From: Eledone cirrhosa
Lineage: Eukaryota
Direction of reading: 5' to 3'
Length of the DNA: 64,000 bases
Assembly: GCA_964016885.1 (NCBI GenBank)
Contig: OZ024742.1
Coordinates: forward strand, 95,232,001-95,296,000
The notes beneath the pieces were generated by a model. That model did no database searches and had not been told where the DNA came from. It worked only from the letters and a program-made list of their open reading frames with translations. Position numbers and translations under genes: made by a program. Shown here in pieces: positions 1-13,600 of this stretch; the stretch's first letter is position 1, and each line of letters starts with the position of its first letter.

Positions 1-136
1 ACCCACTTTATAAATAAATGTTTTGATATTATACTTTAAAAAATCCCTCCAGCATTTTCTATTGAATGTTTTCCTTTTTACTATTTACTCGTGCGTCACT
101 TTTCTACATTATATATATATATATATATATATATTA

Positions 137-309
137 TCGGTGGAGGGTCGGACGCCATGCTTTGACGCATGGAGTTACGGCCCTTGCCATTCTGAGTTCA
201 AATCCCGCCGAGGTTAACTTTGCCTTTCACCCTTACGGGGTCGATAAAATAAAGTACCAGTAATGCACTGGGTAATTGCTGGCCTTGTGCCAATAGTAGA
301 AACAATTAT
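137..309 (+). mobile_element. tRNA-derived SINE family 1 (5' truncated)
   Basis: B-box GTTCAAATCC followed by body 'cgccgaggttaactttgcctttcacccttacggggtcgataaaataaagtaccagtaatgcactggg'; near-identical copies at 10233, 17470, 37104. Confidence 0.85.
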
Positions 310-463
310 ATATATATATATATATATATATATGCAAAATTTTTATTTAAAATTGTTGGGTTACAACGAGTAAATATTTTATAACTGATATAAAGCACTC
401 AACAAGTTTTGGAGTAGATATACGATATTAAACAAATGGAAACTATATTTATAAAACCATATT

Positions 464-529
464 TATTTCATTATACATATTTCAGGGATACCATATTAAA
501 AATATGGCATGCCTTCTTCAGATAAAATA
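464..529 (-). ncRNA. Mirror copy of the hammerhead motif in the left palindrome arm
   Basis: Reverse complement of 690-755. Confidence 0.65.
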
Positions 530-689
530 CAATATATAAGCAGTTTTATAAGTAAATTTGACGTACCATAAGATATTGAACAACTTCCATTTAAAAAAGT
601 TGGTTTGGTACCAAACCAACTTTTTTAAATGGAAGTTGTTCAATATCTTATGGTACGTCAAATTTACTTATAAAACTGCTTATATATTG

Positions 690-755
690 TATTTTATCTG
701 AAGAAGGCATGCCATATATTTAATATGGTATCCCTGAAATATGTATAATGAAATA
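690..755 (+). ncRNA. Type I hammerhead ribozyme motif (minimal stem III)
   Basis: tattttat-CTGAAGA-agg..gccatat/atatggt..cct-GAAA-tatgta-TA-atgaaata; stem I 8 bp with one G-U. Confidence 0.7.
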
Positions 756-795
756 AATATGGTTTTATAAATATAGTTTCCATTTGTTTAATATC

Positions 796-848
<53 letters not shown>

Positions 849-1983
849 TTCCACTGATATGGATTCTGAACACGTGGACACGCTTAGGTCACATTAAGGT
901 CAACTGCAGGAATCGATGATAAGTTACAAAAAAGTGTGATGATCAAAGACCTGGAAGTTGGCTTACCATGAGATTAGTCCAAAGAATGAAACCCAAATCG
1001 TATGTTGACGAATATTCATACTCCTGGCATGTAAACTGTAACATGCTGTCTTTGAGAGTAGAGTTTATTTTGTCAATATTTCGAGGTCTTGGATCGTGGC
1101 AAGATTAACTTCTCCCCCATTATTGACACTTTGTAACAGTGAACGTTACGAGGCCCTCTTTAGGGCCAACATTTCTGATTGTTTATCCAACTTATTATGG
1201 TGCCTTTTCTTGGGTTATGTCTACTAGAGGGGGAAAATGGGGTGGTTTTAGTGAATTACTTCAGTCACTCGAAGGACTTTACAAACGGTGATATACAGGG
1301 TGCTTGAACAGTATCTGAATATGTTCACTTGGTTATAATTTCTTCAATAATTGCGATGACTTCCTCAATTGTTCTGTGTTTGTTCTTGAGACATTATGTT
1401 TGTTATTCTTATACATAAGTTTGTTGAATAAGTTTGATACTCTTGAAGCTCAAACTTCTCCGGCTTATTCACTCTGAATGAAGAAACCTGGATAGAAGAA
1501 GGACTTATGAGTTACACAGCTATTGATAGTTCCACACAAAAAAATTGATCTGCCATAAACACATCTAGCAAAGGTTGCTATTGAAAATCCAGAATTGGCA
1601 CCTGGGGTCGCTAGCATTTTCAAACACACTCTGGGAACTGCAGTTAATATATATTTTTTGCGTATGTGTGTACAATTATCACGGAAGAACCGTCTGTGAA
1701 ACTGGACTGTGTTTGACAACATTAGGGTAGATCCTTCCACTGGTAATTGGATATACTACTTGCTCTCGATAGTCATGTGAAAAGACAGGAAGTATATGAT
1801 TGCAGTTTATCCATTTAAATATTTACACATGCTAAATTTGACATCACATCTATGTGGCTGTGTGTTATACAACAGATATGAGGCCCCATTCCCACAGATG
1901 GCTCAGTCACATTTATTCCTGTCATATTTTGCATGTATAAATGCATCACTTAAATTTATATTTATCATGAAAAACCTGAACAC

Positions 1984-2034
<51 letters not shown>

Positions 2035-2036
<2 letters not shown>

Positions 2037-2950
2037 TAGCAGTGGTACCCGGCGTTGCACGGGATAAGGTATTTTGGAAGGCGGGCCGCCAACAGACCTA
2101 ATTGTGGAAAAACTACATGCCTGGACAATATGTAAAGAAAATAAACCGAATACTCTGATGGCTGGATAATCTTTAAGATTTTCCTCGATGAAGCAGGAAA
2201 AATGCAGGTTTTCACCTAATGCGGGCCCTAGGGAATCAAGGAAATGAATTTTTTTTATGTACATAATATGCCTTGAAATTCCAGGAAAATCGGCTAGACG
2301 TAACGCCTCCAAAAAGCCCTAAAAAGCTGAAATAATGAATTTTTTCACCTATTGCGGGCCCTAGGCCATACTAAAGTTGGATTTTCTTTGCTCACGGTAT
2401 GAAGAATAGACTGACTAATACATAGTTACAATTTCAAGGAAATTGGTCTGACGTACCGCCTCAAAAAACCCCTAAAAAGCTTTAAAAACGCAGTTTTTCA
2501 CCTAATGCGGGCCCTAGGAGATCAAAGAGTTGAATTTGTTTATGTCCATAACACTCTCTGCAACATAAGTAATACACATGTAAAGTTTGAAAAACATCGG
2601 TAGGGTACTTCTCGAGTTTTAGGGATTCAAACTCACAGACACACACAGACAGACATCCTCAGGGAAGTGACATAATGCAGACAGCCAGAAATACAGACAG
2701 ATATTATAAGGGCGCGACGTTATATGTATGTATCTATCTAAAAAGAGAAAGACTAAGAATTATAGAGAGAGATCGCTAAATCGCCTAATGTGGTCCCTAG
2801 GCCATTGAACATTTGAAATTTTCTTTGCTCAGAACACTCCCTGAAACATAAGTATTACATGTGTAAAGTTTGAAAACAGTCGGTTCGGTGGTTCTCGAAT
2901 TTTAGGGATTCAAACTCACACACACACAGACAAACATCCTCAGTTTTATA
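2035..2950. mobile_element. Non-autonomous Helentron/Helitron-like element (HINE/DINE-1-like)
   Basis: Begins actagcagtggtacccggcgttgcacggg (subterminal hairpin cccg..cggg); internal subrepeats ttttcacctaatgcgggccctagg (~2209, 2342, 2494); ends in CA/CAGA microsatellite + cagttttata; TA flanks. Confidence 0.55.
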
Positions 2951-2964
2951 TATATATATATTTT

Positions 2965-3240
2965 CATCATCATCAACATCACCGTTTTGCGTCCATTCTT
3001 CTACGCTAGCATGGGTTAGAATGGATGTCCTGTTGTGGGCAGTGTCCAGTCGGCTGACCCTGTCTTGATCTTATGGGAACTGATTCCGGCTTGATTTCTA
3101 CAGCTGGATGCCCTTCCTGACACCAACCTCATTTACAGTGAGTGCTGGGTGCTTTTTCCGTGGCGCCTACACGTCCACCTTACAGTGTGGGCTGGGCGCT
3201 TTTTTGCTGTGGCACCTCCACAACCACTTTGCAGTGGAAT
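2965..3240 (-). mobile_element. RTE-LINE 3' tail fragment (or SINE sharing this tail)
   Basis: (CAT)n + cgtcc..catgggtt..ggctggatgcccttcct..accaacc motif; same family as the 3' end of the LINE at 38027. Confidence 0.75.
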
Positions 3241-3259
3241 GATAGGGACCCTAGTCCTG

Positions 3260-3405
3260 TCATCTCATTTCACACAACTGAGTAAACTGGAACAATGTGA
3301 AATAAAGTGTCTTGCTCAATGAAAAAACACATCACCCAATCAGCGAATTGAACTCACAACCATTCGATTGCAAGCCCAATGCTCTAAGCACTAAGCCATG
3401 CGCCT
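3260..3405 (-). mobile_element. tRNA-derived SINE family 2 head
   Basis: Reverse strand ggcgcatggcttagtgcttagagcattgg...gagttcaattc...ttgagcaagacactttatttcac; matches 31995-32290. Confidence 0.65.
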
Positions 3406-3433
3406 TCTCTTTCTCTCTCTGTCTCACTTTCTC

Positions 3434-3510
<77 letters not shown>

Positions 3511-3512
<2 letters not shown>

Positions 3513-5864
3513 TCATCGTCATCTTCGTTTAACGTCCATCGTCCACGCTATCATGGGTTAGACGGGAGTTGTCCAACTTGAGGCTAGGTTGGTCAGGTGA
3601 CCGTGTCTGGCTCATATAGGACTATCTGGCAGGTTTTCTACGGCTGGATGCCCTTCCTAACACCAACCACATTTACAGTGTGGAACTGGGAACTTTTTAC
3701 CATGTTACCTACACAACCACTTCACAGCATGGACTGTGTGTTTTTTTGTTGTGACACCTACATGATCTCGATCTCATTATCTCATTTATTTGGACTGGGT
3801 GTTGTAGTATCAACTTTACAGAGAGGGGGTGGTGTTGGTGGGAGTGGGAGGATAGGGTAGGAGTGGGTAGTGAATTGGGGTATATATTTGGTTAAGAGGT
3901 GCCTACTGACTGTAGGTTTCGCTTTGTACATAGGCAAGGCGGGTTTTCTGTATTACTGCGTAGCGCCAAAGATCTCAGTCCAGTGACATTGTCTTAGAGA
4001 GGTGAAAGTGTGTAAGGACGGAATTTATCAGATCATCCCAGGTATTTCTGGGTCTACCTACTCCGTAACTACCATCAATTTTGATCGCCCTGCACTTTTT
4101 TATACAGCTGTTGTCTTTCATGCGCATCACGTGGCCATACCAACGTAGTCTTCTCTCAAGTAAACAGCATCTGATCCCTCTTATTCCTAATTTCTCACTT
4201 AGCTCACTTATGCTTTGCTGTTCACGTATATTACTAGTACACATCCAACGGAGCATGCATGCTTCGTTCCTTTCCATTCTGCGCAGGTCCTCTGCACGTA
4301 ATGCCCATGTCTCATTGCCATGTAGCATTGCTGTTCGTATACAGGCATCATACAATCTGCTTTTCATTTTTAGAGAGAAACCTTTTGTGGCCAACAGCGG
4401 TATAAGCTCTCTGTACTTTTTCCATCCCGTTCTGACTCTGGCTACTGTACTTTCAGAACACCCTCCACCACTGCTGATTTTGTCACCAAGGTAACGGAAA
4501 GTGTCCACTATTTCTATAGAACCATTTGGGCAATAGAAGGAGCTAGTATCCTGTGGTCACTTGCTACTTTTTGCACCTGAGCATTGGTCACATATAAATT
4601 CTACGTTCTTAGATAGTTTACCTGTGATCCTCCTACATCTTTTATGTACACATAGTTTCCATTTGGGACATGAAATGGAATTTCTGCCTATTCCTTTCCT
4701 ACACACTGAGCATGGCCATTTCCCTGAGGGCTCCTGTGTCCTATTTTCCTTTCTACAAACTAGGACTTTAGTCTTAGACAAGTTAACTTTAAGGCCTTTT
4801 GATTCTAGGCCATGCTTCCATGTTTGGAATTTCTTCTGTAGTTCAGCCATATATTTAGCTATGAGAGTTAGATCATCTGCGTATAGGAGTTCCCATGGGC
4901 AGCCGGTCTTGATCTCCTCTGTTATAGCCTGAAGGGCAATAATAAATAGGAGGAGGTTAAGGACAGAGCCTTGATGAACACCAACTTTTACACTAAATTC
5001 TTCACAATATTCATTGTTAATTCTAACCTTACTGACTGTTTCTTTATACATGGCTTGTATAGCTCTCACAAGCCATTCATCTACACCTAGTTTTCTAAGA
5101 GCCCACCAGATAATGGAGCGGGGGACTCTGTCAAAGGCTTTCTCCAGGTCTACAAATGCTAAGATGGGTTTACTTTTAGCTTCGTTAGCTTGGTACTTCT
5201 CCTGTAGTTGTCAGACAGGGAAAAGAACATCTGTCTTACTTTTACTTGACACAAACCGAAACTGCATTTCATTTAGATCAATTCGCTCTCTGATTAGTTG
5301 CGCTATAACTCTTTTTGTGACCTTCATGTCCTGGTCAACTAACTTAATACCTCTATAGTTTCCCCTATCTAGAGCATCCCCTTTACCCTTGTAGCAGTTA
5401 ATGATGATGCTGCTACGCCAGTCTTTTGGTATGACCCCATTCTGTATTACTTGGTTAACTATACAGGTGACCATAGTATATCCCACCATTCCAGATACCT
5501 TCAACATCTCAGCAACTATCTCTGAAGGCCCAGCTGCCTTGCCTGTCTTCATATCTTTGATTGCCTTACTTATACTACCTTTAACTTGCACTACTGGTCC
5601 TTCTATTGGATCGATTTGGGGCAGACTATCTTTTTCCCATTTATTCTCCTCATTTAATAGTCTCTCATAGGGACACTTCCAGGCTATCTTCTTATCAGTA
5701 TCAATGACAGCAAGTACACCGTTATCATTACGGACACACTTCTCCCCGACAATATCACGGTTTTCCTTGACACATTGTCTAGCAATACTGAACACTTCAT
5801 ATTTTTGGTCCTCATGTTGTAGAACATGCTTGGACTTTCTATCCTCTGCTTCCCTTTTTGCAAG
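3511..5864 (-). mobile_element. RTE-type LINE, 5'-truncated, disrupted RT (copy A), inserted in (TA)n
   Basis: ORF pieces: GKAAGP, YKGKGDALDRGNYRGIKL, GVHQGSVL, LLYADD, PHD-like Cys cluster, FRYLG, RRLRWYGHVMR, GRPR.TW; (GAT)n tail. Confidence 0.93.
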
Positions 5865-5901
<37 letters not shown>

Positions 5902-6289
5902 TAGAGAGAGAGAGATTCTATAATATTTATCAACATCAAATTAATAAAGGAGAACTCAATAAAATGTGGAGAGTATATATAATATAAATACAGTAGAAGT
6001 TGGATACAGAATGTTACTGAAATATTTCGACATAGGTTTTGTAATGATATCCAATGTGTACTATGAATTTAAATCAGGTGCATCGCATTATTTCAAATTC
6101 CATTCAACAGCTACCTTTAAATGTTGCTATTTCTGTCTCATGCCTTTACAGTTTGGTGATGGAAGGTAAAAATTAACATCAAACTGGACACTACTAATGT
6201 CACCCAAGGTACAGGATCTGGTGTCAAACAGGGAGAGAGCTTGCTTGCCAGCTAGTTTATGCTGCACTCTGTAAAGTAGTAGAGATGGT

Positions 6290-6672
6290 GCAATGATGAA
6301 ATGTACCAAGTATGCTAGATAAAGTGATTGGTGTTGGGGTAAAGATAACATGCACACAGTACATTCTGTAAAGTGTTTGATGTTGGTACTATGATAAAAT
6401 ACACTCAGTACATTCTGTAACATGGTAATGTTGATGCCATGAGAAAATGCATGCGAAACACTGTCTAAAATGTTAGTGCTGAGGCCATGATGAATTAAAC
6501 CCAGTACACTCTGTAGAATAGGTGGCATTAGAAAATACATCCAACTGTAGAAGCAACGTCAAAATGGAATATAAAAGCAAGATGTGACTTTCTCAACCAT
6601 CTAGTCTCAGACTGTGATGATTTATCCAAACCATGCCAGCATGGATAAATGATTACCAAATGATGATGATGA
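6290..6672 (+). mobile_element. Old RTE-tail fragment with several diverged ~45-bp subrepeats
   Basis: Repeated 'cagtacattctgta' units then catccaactgtagaa..ccatgccagcatgg..(GAT)n. Confidence 0.5.
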
Positions 6673-7233
6673 TGTAGTTGTGTTACTGATGACCTAAATA
6701 AAGAGAGTCAGCTTACTTTGAGTATTAAATCTTGTATCTTATTTGATATGATTTGATCATATAAGAACAGGTTTTTCAATGTAAACAAACCTTACTCCGC
6801 ACATGAAAATCTATACTGATACAGATGCATGCACATACACACAGCATACAACATACATAACATACACCCACCAACTTATGGCTGCACTGACTGATACACA
6901 TTATAGTATGGTAACAATTGCTTGAACATGCTCAGCTACATACACAATATCACAGAAAGTGACAAGTGCACCACATGGTAGGCACATTTGCATGTACTAA
7001 TTATCCAAACATCGATGGATGTATGGAAATATGTAAATATTCATCCTTATTCACAAAATAGACTCACATATATATATATGTGTATATGTATATGCCCATA
7101 CATGTGTATGTGTGTGTTTATATATGGGCTTGTGTGTGTATGTATATATGTATGCATATATATATATATATACACACTACACCACACCCAACCAAGTACA
7201 TATGCCTCTAATATAGATACATATATATATATA

Positions 7234-7269
<36 letters not shown>

Positions 7270-8422
7270 ATGTGTGTATAAATATATATATATATATATA
7301 TACATACATACATATTTATATAAACATATATATGTAAATATATATATTTGTAAAAATAAGCATTTATATATACACATATACATTCATATATACACACAAG
7401 AACATATACACATGCATGATGTAATATATACTAACAGATAAAATTCTATGTACACAAAAGTGTATAAACAGAACCACATGCAACACTCACAAACACCAAT
7501 ATCAACAACTACAATGATAACATTATTTACAAAAATAACAAAATAGAACAACAACAACAACAAATTGAAAACAATGACATAATTTCCCAATATATGCTAT
7601 TGATGTACAGAGAATTGATTTTCGATAATTTCATGTAAATTAGAAATGTCTTCAAAATTATTCGTGTAGATTAAAAATTCAATTAATTAAAATACAAAGA
7701 TATTTTATGATTTTTCCCTTTGGTCTTCTTTTGTTTTGTGAAGTTTTCACTTTTTAATTAGTATACATACTTTATTACATTTTTCATTTTTATTTTGTAG
7801 CGAGATTTCATGACAAAAGTCACTTCAAAGCAAATTATCGGCTATTTTTGAATGTCTGCTTTATGTTGTTGTTGTTATCATCATCATCATCATCACTGAA
7901 AGTGGAGAGAGAACAACCCTATGATGATATATTTTGATGGTAAGTGATAACATTTGCATCTTATAAATTTGAAGATTTTGAGCATTTTATTGAAAGGAAT
8001 TGTTTCTACTTTTTGGCATAAGGCCAGCAATTTAAAGAGAAGGGGAAAGTAAATTAAATCTACCCCAGCACCAGTAACACACTGGAACTGATTTAATCAA
8101 CAGCCCATTCCTTTGAAAATTGTTGGCCTTGTGCCGAAATCAGAAACAATTATTATTATCATCATTATTATTGTTATTTCATTTATCTTGCTTTATATTC
8201 ATACGAGTTATCATCAAGTCACAATTAGTGACCTCAAGAGACAAGATCTGCCATGTTCAAGAAAAACGCACATACACACATATGTATCTTTAGGTGTTTA
8301 CACTTGTCATATGTTTTTATCAACAGAATTTCCCTTAGTATATGGGCAGTTTCCATTAGTACTATATTTTGTATATCTTCTATATGCGGGTTCTCTGAGA
8401 TTTTGGATAAGTAATCATTAGA

Positions 8423-9945
8423 TCAATTAGGTATCATTCCTAGAGCACCTACAACCACTGGTATTGTTTTAGCTCTCAACTTCCACATTTTTCCAATCTT
8501 TCCAGGTCTCAATTTACTCAATTTTTCAAATGTTTTTAATGTTACATTCTTGTCTATGGGAATGGTCATGTCAATTAGTAAGCATACCCTCTCCTTAAAG
8601 TTCTTCTGTATTATATCAGGTCTATTTGCATCTATTTTTCGGTTTGTTTTGACACTAAAGTTCCACAAAATTGAAATGTAACCTTTTTCAAGTACGGGAG
8701 GTGGTTGATGCTCCCAACAATTCTTTTGATGGGGCAGGTCAAAATGCTTACACATTACCCAATGTATGTATTGTGCCACTCTGTCATTCCTGTTAAGGTA
8801 TTCAGTTGGAGCTATAGGACTGCACACTGAAATTATATGATCAATGGTCTCTGGTTGTTTTTTTACACCAACAGCACAATGGGTTGCAACCATTTTTTAT
8901 GATGCTGGCTTGATATTTTTTTGTTGCCAGACATTGATCTTGTACTGATATAATCAGTCCTTCAGTCTCCAATGTCAGTCCAGAGAATGCCAACCACAGA
9001 TGTATTTTCCATACAAAGGTTTTTTCTTGCCATTTCTTAACCAGTTTATTTAATAGGTCTTTCTTAGCAATTCCTTTTACCTGGTTTGCTTTTTCTGTGT
9101 TTTTCAACAGTAAAGGGAACTTTTGAAATTTGTAGTTCATTATTGTATCTATGTGCATCTTTTGTAATTTGTTGCTTTCATGTTTCAAAACGAGTTTGAT
9201 CATTCAATCATGTGATTCCCTTAAATATGTAGATAATCCAATTGTTGCAGTTTTCAAAGAAATATCTAACTGGATTAATCTAAGCCCTCCTTTTTTTCCA
9301 GGAAGATATATTCTATCTGTATCTGCCTTAGGGTGATGCATTCTGTACATGGTTAAGTGTTTTTTAATTTTCAGATTTACAGATCCCTGTGCTTGACCAT
9401 TTGATAACATGGAAACTGTAAGTTACTAATGGTATGGCAAGTGTGTTTATGGCATTGATCCTATTCCTTGCATTTAACTCCAATCTTAAAACTACTCTTT
9501 CTCTGCGGTAACATTCCTTCCTTATCCTTTCCCTCATTGTTAAGTGCTTTATTCCGTCTCCTTCACAAACACCTAGATATCTATAAGTTTCTTCTTGATC
9601 AAGTTCTCTTATTACATTCCCCCAATCAAGATTAAAGTCTGATGAATGTGGCTCTGGTACATTTATCCAGCCCAAACTCCATTTTAATATCATCACTGAA
9701 CTGCTTCATAGTGGATAATAGCCCTTGCAATTGCTCATCATTTTTTGCAAATAGCTTCAGGTCATCCATGTAGAACAAGTGATTAAGGGTTTTGTCATAG
9801 ACTTTATATCCATTTTGTTTCATTCAGCATTTTACTTAATGGTATAAGGGCTATGCAGAATAAAAGCAGTGAGAAAGACTCACCCTGAAAAATTCCACAT
9901 TTAATATTAACTTCTTCAACATCCAGTGATTTTATTTTTACTATT
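8423..9945 (-). mobile_element. R4/Dong-type non-LTR retrotransposon remnant (RT + CCHC + restriction-like endonuclease)
   Basis: LNHLFYMDDLKLFAKN, FGLDKC, HPKADTDRIYLP..GG, ETEGLIISVQDQ, ETIDHIISVC, NRPDII, LLIDMTIP, IPVVVGALG; frameshifts and stops. Confidence 0.88.
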
Positions 9946-10232
9946 CAAAATGAGTGCTATTTTCCATGCTCCATACAGAATTATTATTATTAATAATATT
10001 ATTTTTATTATATCTCAAGATCAATAGATCGACAGAATCATTTGAGTGTTGGATAAAATATGTTGTGATATATAGTTATGGCACTTTATATTCTGCCAAG
10101 GTTAACTTACTCTTTCATTCTTCTAAGATCCATAAAATAAAATACCAGTCAAGTACTGAGGTTGATTTAAATGACATTTTCCATCTTCCTAAAATTATTG
10201 GCTTCGTGCCTCAATTAAAAACCATCATTATT

Positions 10233-10420
10233 CGGTGGATTGGCAGTATCGGTAGAGGGTCGGACGCCATGCTTTCCAGCATAGTTACGTCCCTTTACGA
10301 TCTGAGTTCAAATCCCGCCAAGGTTGACTTTGCCTTTCATCCTTACGGGGTCGATAAAATAAAGTACCAGTAATGCACTGGGTAATTGCTGGCCTTGTGC
10401 CTAAAGTAGAAACAATTATT
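10233..10420 (+). mobile_element. SINE family 1
   Basis: A-box TGGCAGTATCGG, B-box GTTCAAATCC, same body, (ATT)n tail. Confidence 0.85.
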
Positions 10421-10736
10421 ATTATGTCTTGAATACTGTGTGTATCTGTTTAGAATAGGTACATTGTAACCTTGTGTATCTTAAGAGACAACTAAATAGT
10501 TGGCAACAAGAAAGGGATCCAGCTGTAAAACATTGTTTCAAAAGGAATCCATGGTGAGCATAAAACCTTTTATAGGGCCCAAAATGTTAACCCGTGTTTT
10601 AGCAAGGAAATTGCTCTGAAAATAATTGGTGCATTCTATTTTACATTTTTTAAAGCTTTTCATTTCTTCTGCAACTGGATTGTTAGATATCAGGTTTCAT
10701 ACGACATGCTTAGCTATCTAGACACATTCTTATGTC

Positions 10737-10767
<31 letters not shown>

Positions 10768-11439
10768 GCCAACAAAACAATTTCTATAATGCCAAGGAAT
10801 TCACTTCAATATTTAACATCATCACCCAACCATTCAAACTTCAAATTCTCTGCATTACATATTTCAGTTCTTGGTATTTTCTATTTTTTTGTGTTATGTA
10901 TTTGTCTAGCACTTTTCTATCAAATGGACAAGCAACAGCAACTAGCCAGCATAGGCTTTCCTTATAACCCCATGTAGGCTTAATACTCTAAGCCAGTATT
11001 TGCTGTTTAGCCTTTCTTTATCTACTTATTTCCTTTTTCTTCATACAAATCTGTGCCAGCAATCAATTCTACTAAGATCTTTATGCAGTGTTTTAATGTC
11101 ACATTCTATCCTTCACTCCCACTATCGATCTACAGCATTGTCCTTTTTGCTTTCCGGTGGTTTATAGCCTAGTCTAACTTCAAGGAGAATAATAAATGAA
11201 ATTTACATCTCACATGTTAGAAATTACAGCCAAATCATCCTCAAATCATCCTCAAATCATCATGGACAAAAAGGAAACATTAGATCATTAGATTATATTT
11301 CTAAAAACAAATGCTTGATATTAAAGATGGGATGGTCATGGATGGAATGCCTTTTATCATAGGTCGCTTTAGTCAGGGTGGATGTTGGCCTAAACAACAA
11401 CCACTGTATGAGTCATGAAAACTGGGAGTCAAATGAACA

Positions 11440-11988
11440 GAAGGCAACAACAACAATAGCACAAACAACAACAATACAAACAATAACACAGAGAACCACA
11501 GCAACAGTAATACAAAAACAAAATAAACTGCAATAACAGCAACATAAACAACACAATTAATAACTTTTGTTACAGGGGTTCTAAAGTGATAAACAACACA
11601 TGCAAAAACACCGACATAAACATAAACAACATCTAAATCAGAATATGGATAACAACTTTTACAGTATTAACAAAATTGTAACAGCATAACAACATCATAT
11701 CATCAGCAACATCACAATAATAAGTATAAACCAATTTATCTACAAAAGTGATGGTAGAAGAAAAAATAGCAACAATAGCAATAAAAATGTCAACTCTAGA
11801 GAGAGAAATGACATCAACAACAACAACACTAACCATACTAACTACAACAATATCTACCCCTTCCTCGCCACACTAACACTAAGTCTACAAACAACAACAA
11901 CAACAACAATAAAAAAGTATCAGCTATTCAGAAAAATAACATCATCCATCAACAACAGTAACAACAATACTGCCCCCCCCCTCTCCCA

Positions 11989-12027
<39 letters not shown>

Positions 12028-12830
12028 GCATCATGACAACTAAAAGTGACAATAAAAGTGCCAGCTATACAGAAACTAATAACATCACTAACAACATTAC
12101 CACCTCCACTACCAGCAACAACTACATCACCAACACCAATATCACTACCAACAATATCACCACCACCACCAACAACAACAACAACATCACTACCACCAAC
12201 AAAGACAACAACACCTCTTCCACCACCACCACCACCACCACCATTAACAACAACAACAACAACATCAATGGCAATAAATTTCCTTCTGGCCATGAATAAG
12301 TCATCAAACATTAACCAAATTAATTGTTGGCTACAGGCACAGGGGTGTAGCTTTGTGAAGGGGTGGGGATAGACTTCCCCTGGGGGTGGAACTCAGTGGA
12401 GGTCAGTCTGTGACTGGGGAAGATAGATGTGAATGTGAGAAGAGAGAGTGGGGGAGCAGAGATTTGGTTATAATCATTATGGCGATGTTGGCAATGATAA
12501 TGTTGGTGGTGATGGTGAAGGAGATGGTGGTGATGATGATAATTGTGATGATCATAGAGGAGGCAGCATTAATGGTGATGATGATGGGGAAAATGATTAT
12601 TATAACGATGATATTAACAGCAATGAAGTTGATGTTAGTAGTGGTTATATTGAGGTTTATGATAACGATGATGATGGTTATAGTTATAATGAGGCTGATG
12701 ATGGTAATAATGATAGTTGTCATGCTAGTGATAATAAGGATGATGATGATGACAGTGATGTCAATAGTAGTAAAAGTGGTAGTGATGATGATAGTAGTGG
12801 TGATGATGGTGGGATCAGGCACCATATGCA
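11440..12830. repeat. Low-complexity (CAA/CAC/CA)n then (GAT/GGT)n degenerate microsatellite field
   Basis: Direct reading; produces the poly-T/N/M/D pseudo-ORFs. Confidence 0.85.
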
Positions 12831-13029
12831 ATAGCTAAGTTCATGGTGTGTTGATTCCAGGAACCAGTAATTTTTTTCTATATTTCTGAATGAGAGTCAA
12901 TAAAGTTTCATTGCCATAATCTAATACTCTAGAGAAATACACAAACATTGCGTAATCTCTTTACCGCCACTCTTAGAAATTCCTGGCATTATGTCAACCA
13001 ACAGCCCCACCCTCAAGCTTTAATAATAA

Positions 13030-13600
13030 TAATGGTTTTTGATTTAGGCACAAGGCCAACAACAACAATAATAATAATAAATGTTTCTACTTTACGCACA
13101 AGGTCAGCAATTTTGGAAGAGTGAAAGTCGATTAAATTGACCACAATGTATTACTGGTACTATATTTTATCAACCCCGTAAGGATGAAATGCAAAGCTAA
13201 CGTCGGAGGGTTCTGATTTAGGCACAAGGCCAGCAATTTGAAGAGGAATGGAAAGTCGATTATCTCAACCCCAGTGCATTACTGGTACTTTATTTTATTG
13301 ACCCTGTGAGGATAAAAGGCAAATTTAACCTCGGCGGGTTTTGAATTCAGAATATAGAGGTCTGTAACTCTATGCCGGGAAGCAGGATGTCTGACACTCA
13401 ACCGATACTGCCAATAGACTATAATAATAATAATGGCTTCTAATTTAGATGCTCTAACGATCCTGCCAGCCCATGGCCCACATAATTTCTCATTCAGGCA
13501 CAAGGTAAGCAATTTTGAGGAGTGGGAAAGTCAATTATATTGACTAGAGTAATTGACTTAGTACTTTATTTTTATTCACCCCAGAAGGATAGTAGAGAAT
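13030..13600 (-). mobile_element. Cluster of SINE family 1 fragments
   Basis: Repeated ggcacaaggccagcaat...tactggtactttattttat..accc (reverse complement of the SINE 3' half). Confidence 0.7.

Larger units (their letters stand above)
418..801. repeat. Near-perfect zero-loop palindrome (~190-bp arms) in a (TA)n-flanked Penelope pLTR-like module (332-800)
   Basis: Centre ...ggtttggt|accaaacc... at 609/610; arms are reverse complements with about one mismatch seen. Confidence 0.95.

Noticed and set aside
137-309. tRNA genes at A/B-box sites
   Set aside because: No cloverleaf; repeated SINE body and tail follow
846-1990. TA-flanked unique block with ORF 1465-1740
   Set aside because: No recognisable motif or repeat structure; left uncalled
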